A model generated the notes under the pieces. That model ran no database searches, was not told the origin of the DNA, and was given only the letters and a program-made list of their open reading frames with translations. Of a stretch of DNA of 64,000 nucleotides, positions 36,681 to 50,030 are shown piece by piece; within the stretch, counting starts at the first letter, position 1; each line of letters begins with the position of its first letter. Origin of the DNA: Octopus sinensis (lineage: Eukaryota); NCBI RefSeq assembly GCF_006345805.1, contig NW_021835960.1, forward strand, positions 1 to 64,000, written 5' to 3'. The translations under genes were made by a program, and so were the position numbers.

Positions 36681-38564
36681 GGAAGTCACTGGTTAATTGT
36701 TTAAGTGGCTGCCGACCAGTGAAGCTTCAATCCCACTTCCATTATAATTTTATATATATTTTTAGGATTTGAGAAGGGCAGCACCCATGACACTTTTAGG
36801 AGTTATGAATTCAATAAATAACACTGGAAAACTTCTAAAGGATCGTTTCTACATTTAAAAAACAAAACAAACAAAAAAATTGTAGTTATGTGTTAATAAC
36901 TAATTAAAATTAATCCCATTGTGTGAAGAATATTGATCAAATTAGCTTAGCATTACAAAGTTCACTCCCCTTGCCTCCTTGCCAAAAATTGTCATTAACA
37001 CTAATAACTAACTTTATCCTCATTATGTATGTAATGGTAATTGGTTGAAAATATTTTCTGCTTACTACACTAATTATGTTAGTCTGCACTTAATTGCACT
37101 ATTTCTATTGTTTATCTAACTACACATCTGAACTTAATGTATTTTTTGTGTACTTATTTGTATTTATCTCTCCATGCTAGCATGGGCAGATAAAATGTAA
37201 CTTTATCATACTGTTGTAGCAATATTTTGTGTTTAAATTCCTCCTGATAGCACTTGAGGAATGTCTATGTAATTGCTTGGCCCGCTAGAAATAGTAGCCA
37301 AATCTCTCTCAAATAACTCTCTTCATTAAAAACAAAAAACAAAAAAACAGATGTGGTAGATAATTATTTCTTGATAGCCTTAAAATAAACAAGACGGTAA
37401 AGGCTGGATATCATTCATTTTAAGGTCTTTAGCTTATTATGATAAACACAGTAACGGCCATGCTAGAGCACCACCTTCAGTTCTGCTCAGAGTTGGCCTG
37501 GAGATAAACTGTACTAACAAGAATAGCAATAAGCCTGAGTCAATGAAACAGCCCCTCTATGGTTGCTCAACCTGCTAGAAATAACTACCTTCTTAAAAAT
37601 GTGGAAGGGCATATTAGATTATATAGTCCTATATGAGCGTGTGGTTAAGAGGTTTGCTTCGCAACCACGGTTTAGGTTCAGTCCCACTGTATAACACCTG
37701 CGCAAATGTCTTCTATAATAGCCTCAGTCTGACCTTGTGAGTAGATTTGGTAGATAGAAACTGAAGTAGCTTCTCATGTATGTATACGTGCATGTTTGTC
37801 TCCTTGTCTTGATATCATGAAACAGTTATTAGCAGGGTCCTTCATTTTTATGGCAAAAACATGTCATCATGTAAGTGGTTTCTGATTTTATTACTCTGTA
37901 AAAGTTTGTCCAGACATGGGGAAATATTACCTTGCTAAGGAAGAGGTGAAGTTGGCAGTAGTTAGGGCATCTGACCTTAGAAAATCTGCTGCAACAAATT
38001 CTATATGACCCATGCAAGCACACAAACATATACATTGAAGATCATGATGATGATAATGATGGTACTCCTAAAAAAAAGGCCTAATATTCTTTGATCATAA
38101 GGCTGACCTTGACCCTAAACAACAACTGATATGAAGCAGGAGTAATATTTGTTTGTTATCGTATGTAGCCAGAAGTCTAACTCAGTGGTTGTTGTGTGGT
38201 TTGAACTGCTGACTGTAATATATGGTCTGTATACTAGTCCTGAACACCCCAACACTTTGTTATTGTGTTTTACATGTTTTTTATTTCTATTGATGCAGAA
38301 GGTGAAAATCTAATATTAAAAATCACAATCTCAATTTTACAGTTCTCACTCACATTCCATCAACATAATTCTGAACAAGTGTTATTTATTTTTAGAATAG
38401 AGTATTTTGTTAATATCACTCCGGTGTTATCTCCCACAAGGATTTGTGTTTGACTTCCTCTTCAAAAATACCCATTCATTTGTGATTAGGACTCTGAATA
38501 GAAAAAAAATCTGTAAGGGAAAATGCAATGAAGATGCATCCTGTTTCCTTTTCCTTCTCATCAG

Positions 38565-38586
38565 TAAAGGATTTGAACAGAATTCT
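38565..38586 (+). CDS. candidate 22-nt microexon
   Basis: cctgtttccttttccttctcatcag|taaaggatttgaacagaattct|gtaagc. Confidence 0.25.
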
Positions 38587-38989
38587 GTAAGCTTGTAAAA
38601 CATCAGTTTTAGGCTGCCTGGTTTTGCTGTAATACCTAGATCTACTTTGAGCATACGTATGATTTAACAATTTCTAGTCATGAGCTTCCCATATTTTTAG
38701 GTATCTGATAATGTCCTGTCCTTTTCTAAGATAGTGTGATTTGAGGGAGATTTGATTGCTATTTCTAACAAGTTGACTGACCACTTAGAGGCTTCTTTGT
38801 TGGCTTATAGTTACCTAGTTATTGCTTAAAGTCTAAAGACTAATGTTGCAAAGCCCAAAGTATTGGTAACAAAGAGCACAACATTCCAGTGGCCCTAAGA
38901 AATAGCTTTACTTATACTGAACACTGAATGCATGCAAAATTTGCATTGGGCTATCTGGTAGAATATCAGAGAACTAAGGCATTAAATAT

Positions 38990-39198
38990 TCTTTTCTACT
39001 CTAGGCACAAGGCCAAAAGATTTTGGGAAAAGGCCACTTGATTAGATCGACCTCAGTACGCAACTGGTACTTAATTTATCAACCCCAAAAGAATGAAAGG
39101 CAATTTCAGCAGAATTTGAACTCAGAATGTAAAACCACACGAAATACTGCTAAGCATTTCGCCTGGCATTCTAATGTTTCTGCCAGCTCGCTGCCTTC
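38990..39198 (-). mobile_element. SINE family B
   Basis: Reverse complement of the family B consensus. Confidence 0.85.
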
Positions 39199-39329
39199 CC
39201 AAGGCATTAATATAATATAATGAAAGTGGTAGTTAGTGATCAAATACATATGAAACAAGGCCCATGTTTTGCTCAGGTACCTCACTAGATGTATTTGATT
39301 GTTTCTGTTTTATAGTGATCTAAATAATG

Positions 39330-39550
39330 CTGGGGCAAACTATTAAAAATCTGACAAGTAGAATAATGAGCAGGTGGTAGAGGTTCGGGTAGGTAGATTG
39401 TTGGCAACAAAGGGTTCTTCTCATTAAGTGAAAGGTAAGCAGGATGAATTGTGTATAAGGAGTATGATGCTACAAAGTAGTGAGGTATGAACATTGAATA
39501 TAGAAAGAACTGTGGACTTAGAGAAACAAAGGGGTCAGGAGTAAGGCCCA
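39330..39550 (+). mobile_element. RTE LINE relic
   Basis: LLATKGSSH*VKGKQDELCIRSMMLQSSEV*TLNIE, the same ORF2 region as 4590-4975. Confidence 0.6.
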
Positions 39551-39715
39551 TTGGATGTTTAACCCTTTAGCAGTCACATTATTTTGTTAAGAGTAATGCT
39601 TTTTTCATTCACAATGTTTTGAATTAATGATGGATTATCTTGTAGCTATGAGACTTCACTGTGGTTGGTAAGCAAGCTACTTACCACACAGCCACTCCTA
39701 CGCCTGTAGTGTGTG

Positions 39716-39853
39716 ATACTTACAGCACCTATGTTTCTCAAGTGGTCACCCATCTAAGTACTAGCTAGGCTCGATGTTGCTTAACTTCGGTGATTGGACA
39801 AGAACCGGTGCTTTCTTTCAACGTGATATGGCCGCGCTTTCAACGTGATATGG
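39716..39853 (-). rRNA. 5S rRNA pseudogene (or 5S-derived SINE head)
   Basis: Reverse complement gcggccatatcacgttgaaa(gaaa)gcaccggttcttgtccaatcaccgaagttaagcaacatcgagcctagctagtacttagatgggtgaccacttgagaaacataggtgctgtaag matches the metazoan 5S sequence including boxes A and C; 4-nt insertion and duplicated 5' segment. Confidence 0.9.
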
Positions 39854-41307
39854 TAATGAAATCTGTTTTTGTTTGAAATTATTGAAAAAAACTACTCAAT
39901 AAAACACATTAACTATTCAACTTCTGTAATAAGCAATATGTTCCATAGAAATGAGAAGAGAAAAATCAAATAAAGTTCTATTGAAATTATTGAACATTGA
40001 AACTAGAATAGCAGAAATACTTAATATCTTAAAATTTTGGTTTTTCTTTCCCCCTACCCTTCTTTGAATATGCTAATTGAAGCTACTGATCTGATCCATT
40101 GAAGATGTAAATGTTAGAGAATTCTGAATTATTATCTGAAATATTAATTTTTGCAAATATTTGGTTTATATATCTTCTTGTTATACATACATAAGTACCC
40201 CCCCCCTATCACACACATGTAATTTATTCGTATATATTATATATACACACACATACATACATTATAATGCACACACACACACATACATACATTATAATGC
40301 ACACACACACCACACACCAAATACTATCATCATTTTGCATATGTTTTCCATGCATGGGTAGGATGGTTTAGTGGGATTCAGTGAGGCAGAGAACTATATC
40401 TTTGCTCAAATAACTCTTTTTTTTGGCATGGTTCCTATGACTTGATGCCCTTCCTAACTCCTGGCTGTAGAAACCATACCCAAACTGTGACCTGGTGCAA
40501 AGAGGATGGTCCTCCAACTCACTATACATAATATATATATATACACACACTCACACATATATATACACTTATGTATCACCATCATCATCATTTAGTGTCC
40601 CCTTTTCCATACTGGTGTATGTTGGACCGTTTGACAAGAACAGACAAGCCAGAGAGCTGCACCAGGTTCTGTGTCTGCTTTGGCATGATTTCTACGGCTG
40701 GATGCCTTTCCTAACACCAACCACTTCACAAAGTGTAATGGATGCTTATTACATGCCACTAATACCATTGAGGTTACCAAGTACCTATAAGGCAAAACAA
40801 AAGTTGGGGTATATAATGGAGGAATAAGAAACTAGGATAGAAGGTCAGGAGTAGGTATCTTGCTGAAGAGGTGAATGTATAGCTTGCCCACCTGGAAAGA
40901 GAGGAAGTGAAAGAAATCAAAGTACAAGGTGAATATGAGAGATAGATATGTATATATTCACATATTTTGTCTGCTACTAGTACTTATGTTAAAAAGCACA
41001 GAAGTATCAATAACAGATGAAAAGTCTCCAGCACTGGTGATGGAATTGCTAAATCACATGATCTCTGCTTATTTGAGTATCCACTATCAACTGCATGCTT
41101 AGACAAATTTCTCTCCTCTGCTTGATACATTAAAAAAAAAAAACTGATTAATCAGTCACCAGTGTTGCAAATGCTGGTGTGTTGGGTAAAAATTCATTAA
41201 TGGAAGCTGTATAAATATCATATATATACATATTTATATGCATGTATCTATCTGTCTATATGGATATCTATGTATATATGCAGGTAGATATGGATATATA
41301 CATATGG

Positions 41308-41368
<61 letters not shown>

Positions 41369-41951
41369 GATGGGGAGAGAAATATGGATATATATATATA
41401 TGTGCGTGTGTGTGAAGGTGTGTGTCCCAGTAGATAGAGTTTGTACTGACAATCACAAGATAGTGGTTTCAATTTCCAGACTAGTGGTGCAAAACAATTC
41501 ATTTCACATTGCTCCTGTCCCTGCAATGTCTGGCATTCCATTCAATGGGAGTGTTGGTCTTCCCACCCAACCAGTGAGGTAGCATCATTAGAAAGCTGCA
41601 ATTCAGAGAAGTGCATTGTGATCAGCAGTTTTAACTACATCTGATGGTCTGGTTGATATATATACACACACACGCACAATATATTGGAATAAGGATTTCA
41701 AAATCAGGGCAAACACTTTATAAGCACTATGTTAATTAGTCAATTTGAAGTTTGCTTTGAAGAATTTCACATAAAATTACAGAGTATATTAAAAAGTCAT
41801 AAAGAAGAATGAATAATTACACATCTTTAATTGATAGTTTACAACATATAAAATGCCAACACGTTTCTGTTACACAAGCATTTTAGAATCCTTAGATGTA
41901 ATGGTTTTGCACACATCAATTCACATTAAAGTGATTATAGTACCATATAGC

Positions 41952-42048
41952 TCCAAAGCTGTACACCAGCATAACTTTTGCAAGGTACTCCCACTTAAGG
42001 GAAATTGCAGAGCACCTTGTAAAAATTATGCTGGCAAACACCTTTGGA
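41952..42048. ncRNA. pri-miRNA-like long hairpin (candidate)
   Basis: 11-bp lower stem, 3x3 internal loop, 25-bp upper stem, 19-nt loop. Confidence 0.4.
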
Positions 42049-42188
42049 TCTGTACATTTGGTTTAATATGAATCAATTAGTGTGCAGAACCATCACATCT
42101 AAGGATCCTAAAATACTTGCATAACAGAAACAAGAATTGGTATTTTATATTTGTAAGCCATTCTTCTTGTCCCTTATATATATATATA

Positions 42189-42556
42189 CGAGCAAAACAC
42201 ACCCTGGTCCAATAGACGGTGCTGAGTTGTCAAACATTTAACCAAATTTTCTCAAAACAACTTGTCCAACCGTCCCATAGGCCTCTCCTTTGAGAAACAC
42301 TGATTTAACCTAAATTTGAGACACCAGCAAAAGACGGATTTCGACTGATGTACTTGCGTGTACAAATGCACGTTCCCACGGCATTATCGATTGCATTCTC
42401 ACCTGGAATTGATTTTTGTAATTTTTTCAAGACTTATACATGCCTTGATACCGTCGGTATCTACATATCAATTTGAGTGCAATCGGATGGAGGATGCCCG
42501 AGATCCTAGAAGACAGACACACACACAGACAGACAGAATGGATTTTATATAATAGA
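42189..42556 (-). mobile_element. non-autonomous Helitron-like element, second family
   Basis: On the minus strand A|TCtattatataaaatcc + (tgtc)n ... hairpin, CTCG|T; deleted homolog at 49521-49745. Confidence 0.75.
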
Positions 42557-43517
42557 TGTGTGTGTGTGTGTAATATGGATATCATGGGTAGATTATCCAC
42601 CAATAGAAAATAAATTATTTAGTTATTTGAAATGTATACCTCAACACTTTTCAGAATTTGATTACATAGAGGAATTTCAGCATTTGCTGGAGTTTTGAGA
42701 TGATGCAATTGATCTAGTTGAAAGTGTTTTGATGGTACATTCTCTGTATAGATATTGTGTTGTGACAACGGCTATTAAATGCATGCGTCATGCTTGTAGC
42801 CGTAACTGTAATTGTGTATCAAGGAGGAAGTTTAGTTTGTTTATTGTAAGCAATAGAAGCATTGCAGAATTGTTGTTTTCATAGTTTATAGGATTGGGCT
42901 CAAATAGTTACAGACTTTAATGATACCACTTGGTCTAATAGGCCACATAACTGACATTTGACTTGATTTTTTTTTGTAGTTTGTTTTTAGTTGTTTTCTA
43001 GTTTAATATTTGATTACTAGGAAATGAATTAGCATATTTTCTGATCATGTCATCTTTTTTATTATTTAGCTATAGCCCTATCAAATATGATCAAGCAGAT
43101 CTTTTGACAAAAGGTATACCAACTATAGCCTTCTCGTTAATTTTTTCCAATTCGTTATGTCTGGGATTACATTATCCTTTGCTTGACCTTTGGCTGCAGT
43201 CCAAAGACTAAAACAAGTAAAAGAATGAAAGAATCAGCTAACTTTATTAATCACCATTTCTGGATATTGAGAAAGAAATACAGTGTTAGAGGTATATCTG
43301 TCTGGATTCAGAGTTCAATTTATAACCACTAGATTTTGGGTTCTATTCTAGTGCATGGTACCTCAGGCAAGTGTCTTCTACTATATCTTTGGGCCAGCTT
43401 ATGCTTTTTGGATGAGATTGTCAAGAGGGAACTGTATGGAAGCCATTGTGTGTGTACATGTACATATACAGCCACATTATGTATCTGTCTGTTTGTCCAC
43501 CCATTCATCCACACACA

Positions 43518-43559
<42 letters not shown>

Positions 43560-45039
43560 TGCTAGTGAATGTAAATTCTTCCCCTGGTGAAGAAGTACAA
43601 ACATAGGTTGCTGGTTAGTGACTTCAGACTTAGATCTAGAAGGAACCAGACATGTAAGTCAATGAAAGCTTAAAGATACAACAAACAGTCAAAAATTTAG
43701 ATATGTCTCAGTTGAAACATTTGATAAAAAGGAGGAGATAGATGTATTTCATAGAGGACAACTTGGATTTCCTACAGGACAATCTACCCCCCCCCCCCCG
43801 AGGGTATAGACCAAATCTGTGGCTGGTGCAAATTACTTACCAGGCCAAGGGTGATGTGGTGATGGAATTGAGATTGACAGAGCTATAAACGTGAACCAAA
43901 GTCTAGAACCAAGAAACTCTTCTGGCAAGTGTTAAAAGCTGAAAATGAAGTGGCTTGCTCATGTAACTAAATACTGTGACACTGTCTCTAATGAATACCA
44001 TATTTGCTAGTGTACAGGGCATATACTTGCATAGGACAAAACCACTGCATTTTAGTGGAAAACAAATTTGATGTTTCCTCATGCAGTCATACACAAGGTA
44101 TCCCATTTCTAATATGTTATCATTAGACACATGACAATTTCTGATACATTTTAGAGTCTAAAAAGTGTAGGGACAAATTCCTGGCAGAAGATGCGTAGGA
44201 AGAATACAAAACAACAAAAAATGGGCTGAGGGAGATGGTAGAAAGCACAAGATTAGCTGATAACCAGGAAAAATAGCTGATAGATGATAGAGATTGTTGT
44301 GCTTGCTATATGCATACAGCTTCCTTTGAATTTTGATGATGGGCTTTCTACTGACAACCATTTCACCTATATTGTTAATGTTGTCTTAAGAGATTGGGGT
44401 TTGGAATTCATGGTCCCCAATCACTAACAGTTGTGTTTAAGGGCTGATTTAAACTACTGTATTTTCTAGATTAAGGGGGTTTTAAGTAGAAACCATTCTT
44501 GCCTTTGATTCAACTTCTCTGGGATTTTTGAGCAGTTCTTACTGCTTCGTAGTATAGACTGATCTCAGAGAAACAGAAGCCACCAAGTAAACCATACAGA
44601 AAAGATGTACTTAACTTTTAAAACGTTCTTCATACAATTTTAGGTCTTTGAGAGGAAGCATATTTTTCAAATGAATAAAAATAATATTAAACAAAATGAT
44701 AAATTTTTGTTTTCACCCCCGTCATCAAAATGAGTAATTCAAAAAGGAATGTGCTTTATCTGTGTTGCATCTGTGTTTCCTTTTGATGAAAGTTTCTGGT
44801 ATTCAAAAATGAAAAACATAATGTAAATATTCACAGGTAGAATTGGACATCTTTTGTGAGTTACCTCATCCTCTGCATCTGGCAGTATTCTTTTCCTCTT
44901 ACCACTTTATGCAAGTCAAATTCACATTTTTTTTCACTCTTTAATTGTTCTTCTCTGGTGCCAACTTTTAATCGTGTTCTTTCTTTATTGTTCATTCTTC
45001 CTTCTTTTAACTTTCAACAATTCTTTTATCGTTTCTTTT

Positions 45040-45233
45040 ATCTTTTAATTGTTTCGATCATTGAACTGTGGCCATGCTTGAGCAATGCCTTACAGGATTT
45101 AATCAAACAAATTGACCCCAGTACTTACTTTTTTAAGCCTGGTACCTTTTCTATCAGTATCTTTTACCTAACTGCTAAGTTACAGAGATGTAAACTAACC
45201 AACACCAGTTGTCAAGTGGTGAGGGTGCAGGAC

Positions 45234-45278
<45 letters not shown>

Positions 45279-45427
45279 GCATGCTTCCACACAGTTTCTA
45301 TCTACCAAATTCACTCACAAGACATTGGTTAACTTTGAGAGCTGCTGATACTGCTGTGTAGTGGAACTGAATCCAAAACCTTATGACTACAAAGTGAGCT
45401 TTTTAACTACACAGCCATGCCTGCTCC
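45040..45427 (-). mobile_element. SINE family A
   Basis: Shared tail and head motifs. Confidence 0.8.
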
Positions 45428-45655
45428 TATTGATGATATTTCTATGTGAATCACTCAGAAAAGAGATAGAAACGTTGGTAGTCCCAACCCATTAGCATTG
45501 ATTTTTTTTTTTTTCTTTTTTGAGGATTTCAACTTTCACTAGGAGGTGTTATTTATAACTTATGTGTTCAAAATCAACTTCAAATAGTTATTGGTTCGTT
45601 ACAATTAAATCCAGTTTCAAACAGAAATTGACTTTTGTGCAGTGTGAAAACTTAC

Positions 45656-45697
45656 CTTGAGAACCTGAATTTGTAAATATTCAAACTTGTCTGACTT
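45656..45697 (-). CDS. candidate 42-nt exon (KSDKFEYLQIQVLK or SQTSLNIYKFRFS)
   Basis: atatatatctttcag|...ctcaag|gtaagt on the minus strand; length is a multiple of 3. Confidence 0.25.
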
Positions 45698-46190
45698 CTG
45701 AAAGATATATATTAAATGCATGAAAAATATATCTAAATGTCCTCTTTCTTCCCACCTTCCCCTCTCTATGAATATGTATGTATTTGTGTGTGTATGAAAA
45801 TAGGAAGTCTATTTTTAGTTTATAAGTTATAATTATCATGAAGTTTGATATTACACTCTTTTGTTAAAAATGTAATTAGATCATTATTTGCTGCTGATAA
45901 GTTTTTGCCGACTCTGTTTGAGAAGTTTGATGTATTCTTTCAACCTTCTCTTCAACTTCATAAGAGGTAGCCTACTCTCAGAGATGATGTGCACTCTATA
46001 TTAGTCAATTCACTTGTACAAATTGGCCCCTATTTGTACTGAGGTCATCAGTTTCACTGAAGTTAGCTGATGTTACATATAGCCAAACTATCATTACCTC
46101 ATAAATGTATGCCTTTTGCTAAGACTTTCAACACAAGATTCAATAGCTTGATTTTTGCAATTTTTTTTTTCTTTTTCCTGAGTTTCATAG

Positions 46191-46263
46191 GCTGTGTCAC
46201 TGAACTTCTGAAAGCAAGTTCAATCAAAACTAATCTTTTTCAATGCAAAACTCTATTAGTCAG
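46191..46263 (+). CDS. candidate 73-nt exon (G)CVTELLKASSIKTNLFQCKTLLV
   Basis: Long polypyrimidine tract ...ctttttcctgagtttcatag|, donor cag|gtaaga; a single open frame. Confidence 0.35.
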
Positions 46264-46349
46264 GTAAGATAGTGTGCGCCATTGCAATTAAGTATTCATT
46301 ACCCATTGTTTGTGGAAGATGAACTTTCAGTGCAAATTATAAAAGAGAC

Positions 46350-46530
46350 TCTTTCTTTAGCCCTTCTTCATTCCCTTGGTCATCAATGACTTTCCTCCTC
46401 TCTTCTTGACTGTGAACTGTCTTTTCTGCTTCTCTCTTATTGAATCCCTGCTTTCTCAGCTCTGCTTCAGTACCCAGCCTCCAGGTATTTTTAGCGCATC
46501 CTCTCTTCCATCACCTTTGTAGGCGAATGT
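46350..46530 (-). mobile_element. RTE LINE 3' coding end
   Basis: KNTWRLGTEAELRKQGFNKREAEKTVHSQEERRKVID matches the RGRPKNTWRR..E.E..G..W.E motif. Confidence 0.65.
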
Positions 46531-47698
46531 TTTCGTGAGGGAAGGTCTTCCTCTCTCAGGTTTTGATGGCTTTTATTTATTGTTGATGCGTCTATAACTT
46601 TGGTTTTTGTCTTACCCATTACAATTCGTATTGGCATTACGGCCCTTAATGTTTGCCTTCGTCAATTGTTTACTTTGTATATCCATTCTGTTGTTGTTTG
46701 TTCACTTGAAGCCCAAAATCTCCACAATTTTATATTTCTAAAATTTCTAGATGCTGCTGTCTTATGAAGTTTTCCTATCTTGTCGTTAAAAGCACGAAAT
46801 AGGGAGTAGTAAAACAGGTGACAACTGATGAGCAAGTTATCTTCTTGGGAATTTGTCCTGTACTTATCTCTCTCATGTGTTTATGTAGTTTTCACTCGTT
46901 GGTGATGTCCTGTACTTGTTGTATTTGTTTTGGTATTTAGTCCTGTATTTATCTCTCATTTGTTTACATATTTTTCACTCGGTGATATCCTGTACTTAAT
47001 GTGTATTTATATATATACTTCTTTTCTATATTTTATCTCCGAGAATAGGTAAATCCATATTAAGTCTGACCTCTATCCTTTGACCTGTCCAGCATTGGAA
47101 GGTCTACAAGGAGCTTGTTCTCCACTGGCATAAGTCTAGGGCTCACTGAGGTACTCAAGCTACCACCCTGGAACAAGGACTAGACCTTATGGTGGATAAA
47201 TGAAACTCTATTCATATCTTCATCTGGTGTTTCTGTTATTGTCTATGCCTCACTGCTATTGAACAATTGTTTTCAGTGTAAGCTGTAAAATGTAGTATTG
47301 TAATTCTTCCTGCCTAGCAACTTCAACACCTGACGTAGTCATAGAGATATGTGGGCATGTCTTACGCATTTTAAATCTGGCAGAGCCAGTTCCTTTCTAG
47401 ATTCAATTTCAACTAATTTCTTCCAAGGTGAAAATGAGTATGAAAGAGAGAACATAAACCAACTAGCACCACTTGTCAAGGGAAGTGTGGACACACACAC
47501 ACACACACACTTCTGTGGAGTTTCTGTCTATCATATTCACTTCCAAGAGCTAAGGCAGAAGACAACTACTGAAGGTGTTGCACAGTGGGACTAAACTGAA
47601 AACTATTTGATTGTAAAACAAGCAATTTCTGCTTTTTTCTATCCAAAATGATCTTTAACACAATATTTAAACACTAATATCTATGCATACATGCATGC

Positions 47699-47737
<39 letters not shown>

Positions 47738-47740
<3 letters not shown>

Positions 47741-47965
47741 CTTTACTACCCACAAGGAGCTAAACACAGAGGGGACAAACAACGACAGAAAAACAGATTA
47801 AGTCAATTACATTGACCCCAGTGTGTAACTGGTACTTAATTTATCGACCCCAAAAGGATGAAAGGCAAAGTCGACCTCGGCAGAATTTGAACTCAGAACG
47901 CAGTGGCGGACGAAATACCGCAAAGCATTTCACCCGGCGTGCTAACGATTCTGCCAGCTCGCCCC
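47738..47965 (-). mobile_element. SINE family B, full length
   Basis: Reverse complement nearly collinear with 61951-62190. Confidence 0.9.
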
Positions 47966-48020
47966 TATATATATATATATTTATATATATACACACACAT
48001 ATACATACAGACATATAGAC

Positions 48021-48088
<68 letters not shown>

Positions 48089-48887
48089 GGCTCTCTCATT
48101 AGCCTTCGTGAACATGTAGAAGCTTCCACGTTGGCTTCCAGTTACCACATGAAGTTTAGAAGTTATACAGCAGTATGTACTTTCATACGAAATACACCTT
48201 TCAAGAAGAGCATTAAGAAAGGGCAGATGGCAATTCATGTGCTCCCATATGAATTTATCATGTGATTATCACACAGCAGTTCCTAGCTAGTCTAGAGAAT
48301 GCTGCTTGGTTGTTATCTTAGTATTATGGATAGGCTTTTCTTTAATAGAATGCAGTTTCGCAATTGTGCTTAATGTAAACCACAGGAACATATGGCATAT
48401 ATTTGAGAATTTTTAGCACACCTTTTGATGGCACCTGAACAGGGAAGGAGGTAGAAAGATAAAGGAAAAAGCAGAGAGAAAGAGAGGGGGGAGAGAGAAA
48501 ATGTGTTGGAGAGAGAGGGGAGAGGAGAGAGAGAGAGAAGTAGATAAACACCTACTGGACATTTGTTAAATGCTAATTAATCTACCTGCCTCTAACAATA
48601 TTACATGCATAAGCACATTTATGCACACAAACATATTTTCACATGCATACATACATACACACACGCACGCGCACACACACACACTTGAAAGGAAGTCCTA
48701 TTTTGCATCAGTATGTAGCAAGTAGCTAGGCAGAATGAATCCAGGGTACCTTGTCCTGTCTGTTTCTTGCTGTCTTTGTCTGTCTGTCTGTCTCTCTCTC
48801 TCTATCTATCTATCTCTCCAAAAAGAAAAGCTCTACTTTGTAATTTGTCCCCTCTGTGTTCAGCCCTGTGTGGCTAATAAAGAAACA

Positions 48888-48899
48888 TCTATCTATCTA

Positions 48900-48994
<95 letters not shown>

Positions 48995-49008
48995 ATCTAT
49001 CTATCTAT
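48888..49008. repeat. (ATCT)n tetranucleotide microsatellite
   Basis: Direct reading. Confidence 0.95.
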
Positions 49009-49520
49009 TTATATATACACACACACAGAGTTTTTATTTATTTTTATTTATGTATATATACATACATACACATAGGAATATATATCATTCAACCTCCTGT
49101 AAACTTACCAACAAATAAACTTATTGAGAAATTACTGAGAGACGACATTCACATAGCAAACAATAGTCAAGCGTATGTTAACGTTAGCATTTAATGAAGA
49201 AGGGAACATTGAGAAGCTAATGAAAAATAATGAGACATTGAGAAGACAATATTAGTCAATAACAATATTATTTTATTTATTTTGGCAAATATGGGAAATA
49301 ACTCAAGACATGTTATTACACTGCCTCAGTAAAGCATAATCTTAATCAGTTTAAACTGAAAGGTTTTATTGTTTTGACAATTCACAGTTTAGAATTTGAG
49401 CCCTACCAATGTTAACTCGGTTTAACATTCCTTTTGAGATAACAAAAATAAAAACAATTTAATATTGCATTTTGATAAGTTATGAAAATGTACATGTTGA
49501 AGTTGTTGTTTAGCTCTAAA

Positions 49521-49745
49521 TGAGCAAAAGGCCCCCCCCCTCGTCCAATGGACGGTGCTGATGTACTTGTGTGTACAAACGCACGTTCCCACAGCTTTAT
49601 TGATCGCATTCTCACCTGGAATTGACTTTTGTAATTTTTTCAAGACTTATACATGCCCTGATACTGTCGGTGAGCACAATCGGATGGAGGATGCCCGATA
49701 TCCTAGAAGACACACAGACAGACAGAATGGATTTTATATAATAGA
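49521..49745 (-). mobile_element. Helitron-like element, internally deleted copy of 42189-42556
   Basis: Same termini; hairpin cgtcca-a-tggacg near the 3' end. Confidence 0.75.
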
Positions 49746-49809
49746 TTAATCCTATCTTTGACCACAATGTTTATTTTTTGTCTTCCTGTATCTTCCATTT
49801 CGTTTTTAA

Positions 49810-50030
49810 CCCTTTAGCTTTTAAATCACTCTATCAAATGTAATGCTTATTTATTTATATTGTTTGGAATTAATCATGCATTACCTTGTAACTTTGAGAC
49901 TGCAATGATGGTGATTGTTCATTTTTAGAATAACATTATAGGGTAGGTATGAGAGGCTGGATCTGTACAGTTTGAACATAAAGCTGGTAGAATATTTTGG
50001 CTGGATATGACTGGTTTAGATGCTAAAGGG
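49810..50030. mobile_element. piggyBac-type MITE, full length
   Basis: TTAA|CCCTTTAGC...GCTAAAGGG|TTAA. Confidence 0.9.

Noticed and set aside
47060-47200. Segment resembling RTE 5' UTRs, considered as an HDV-like ribozyme
   Set aside because: Could not build the nested double pseudoknot by eye; too degenerate to call.
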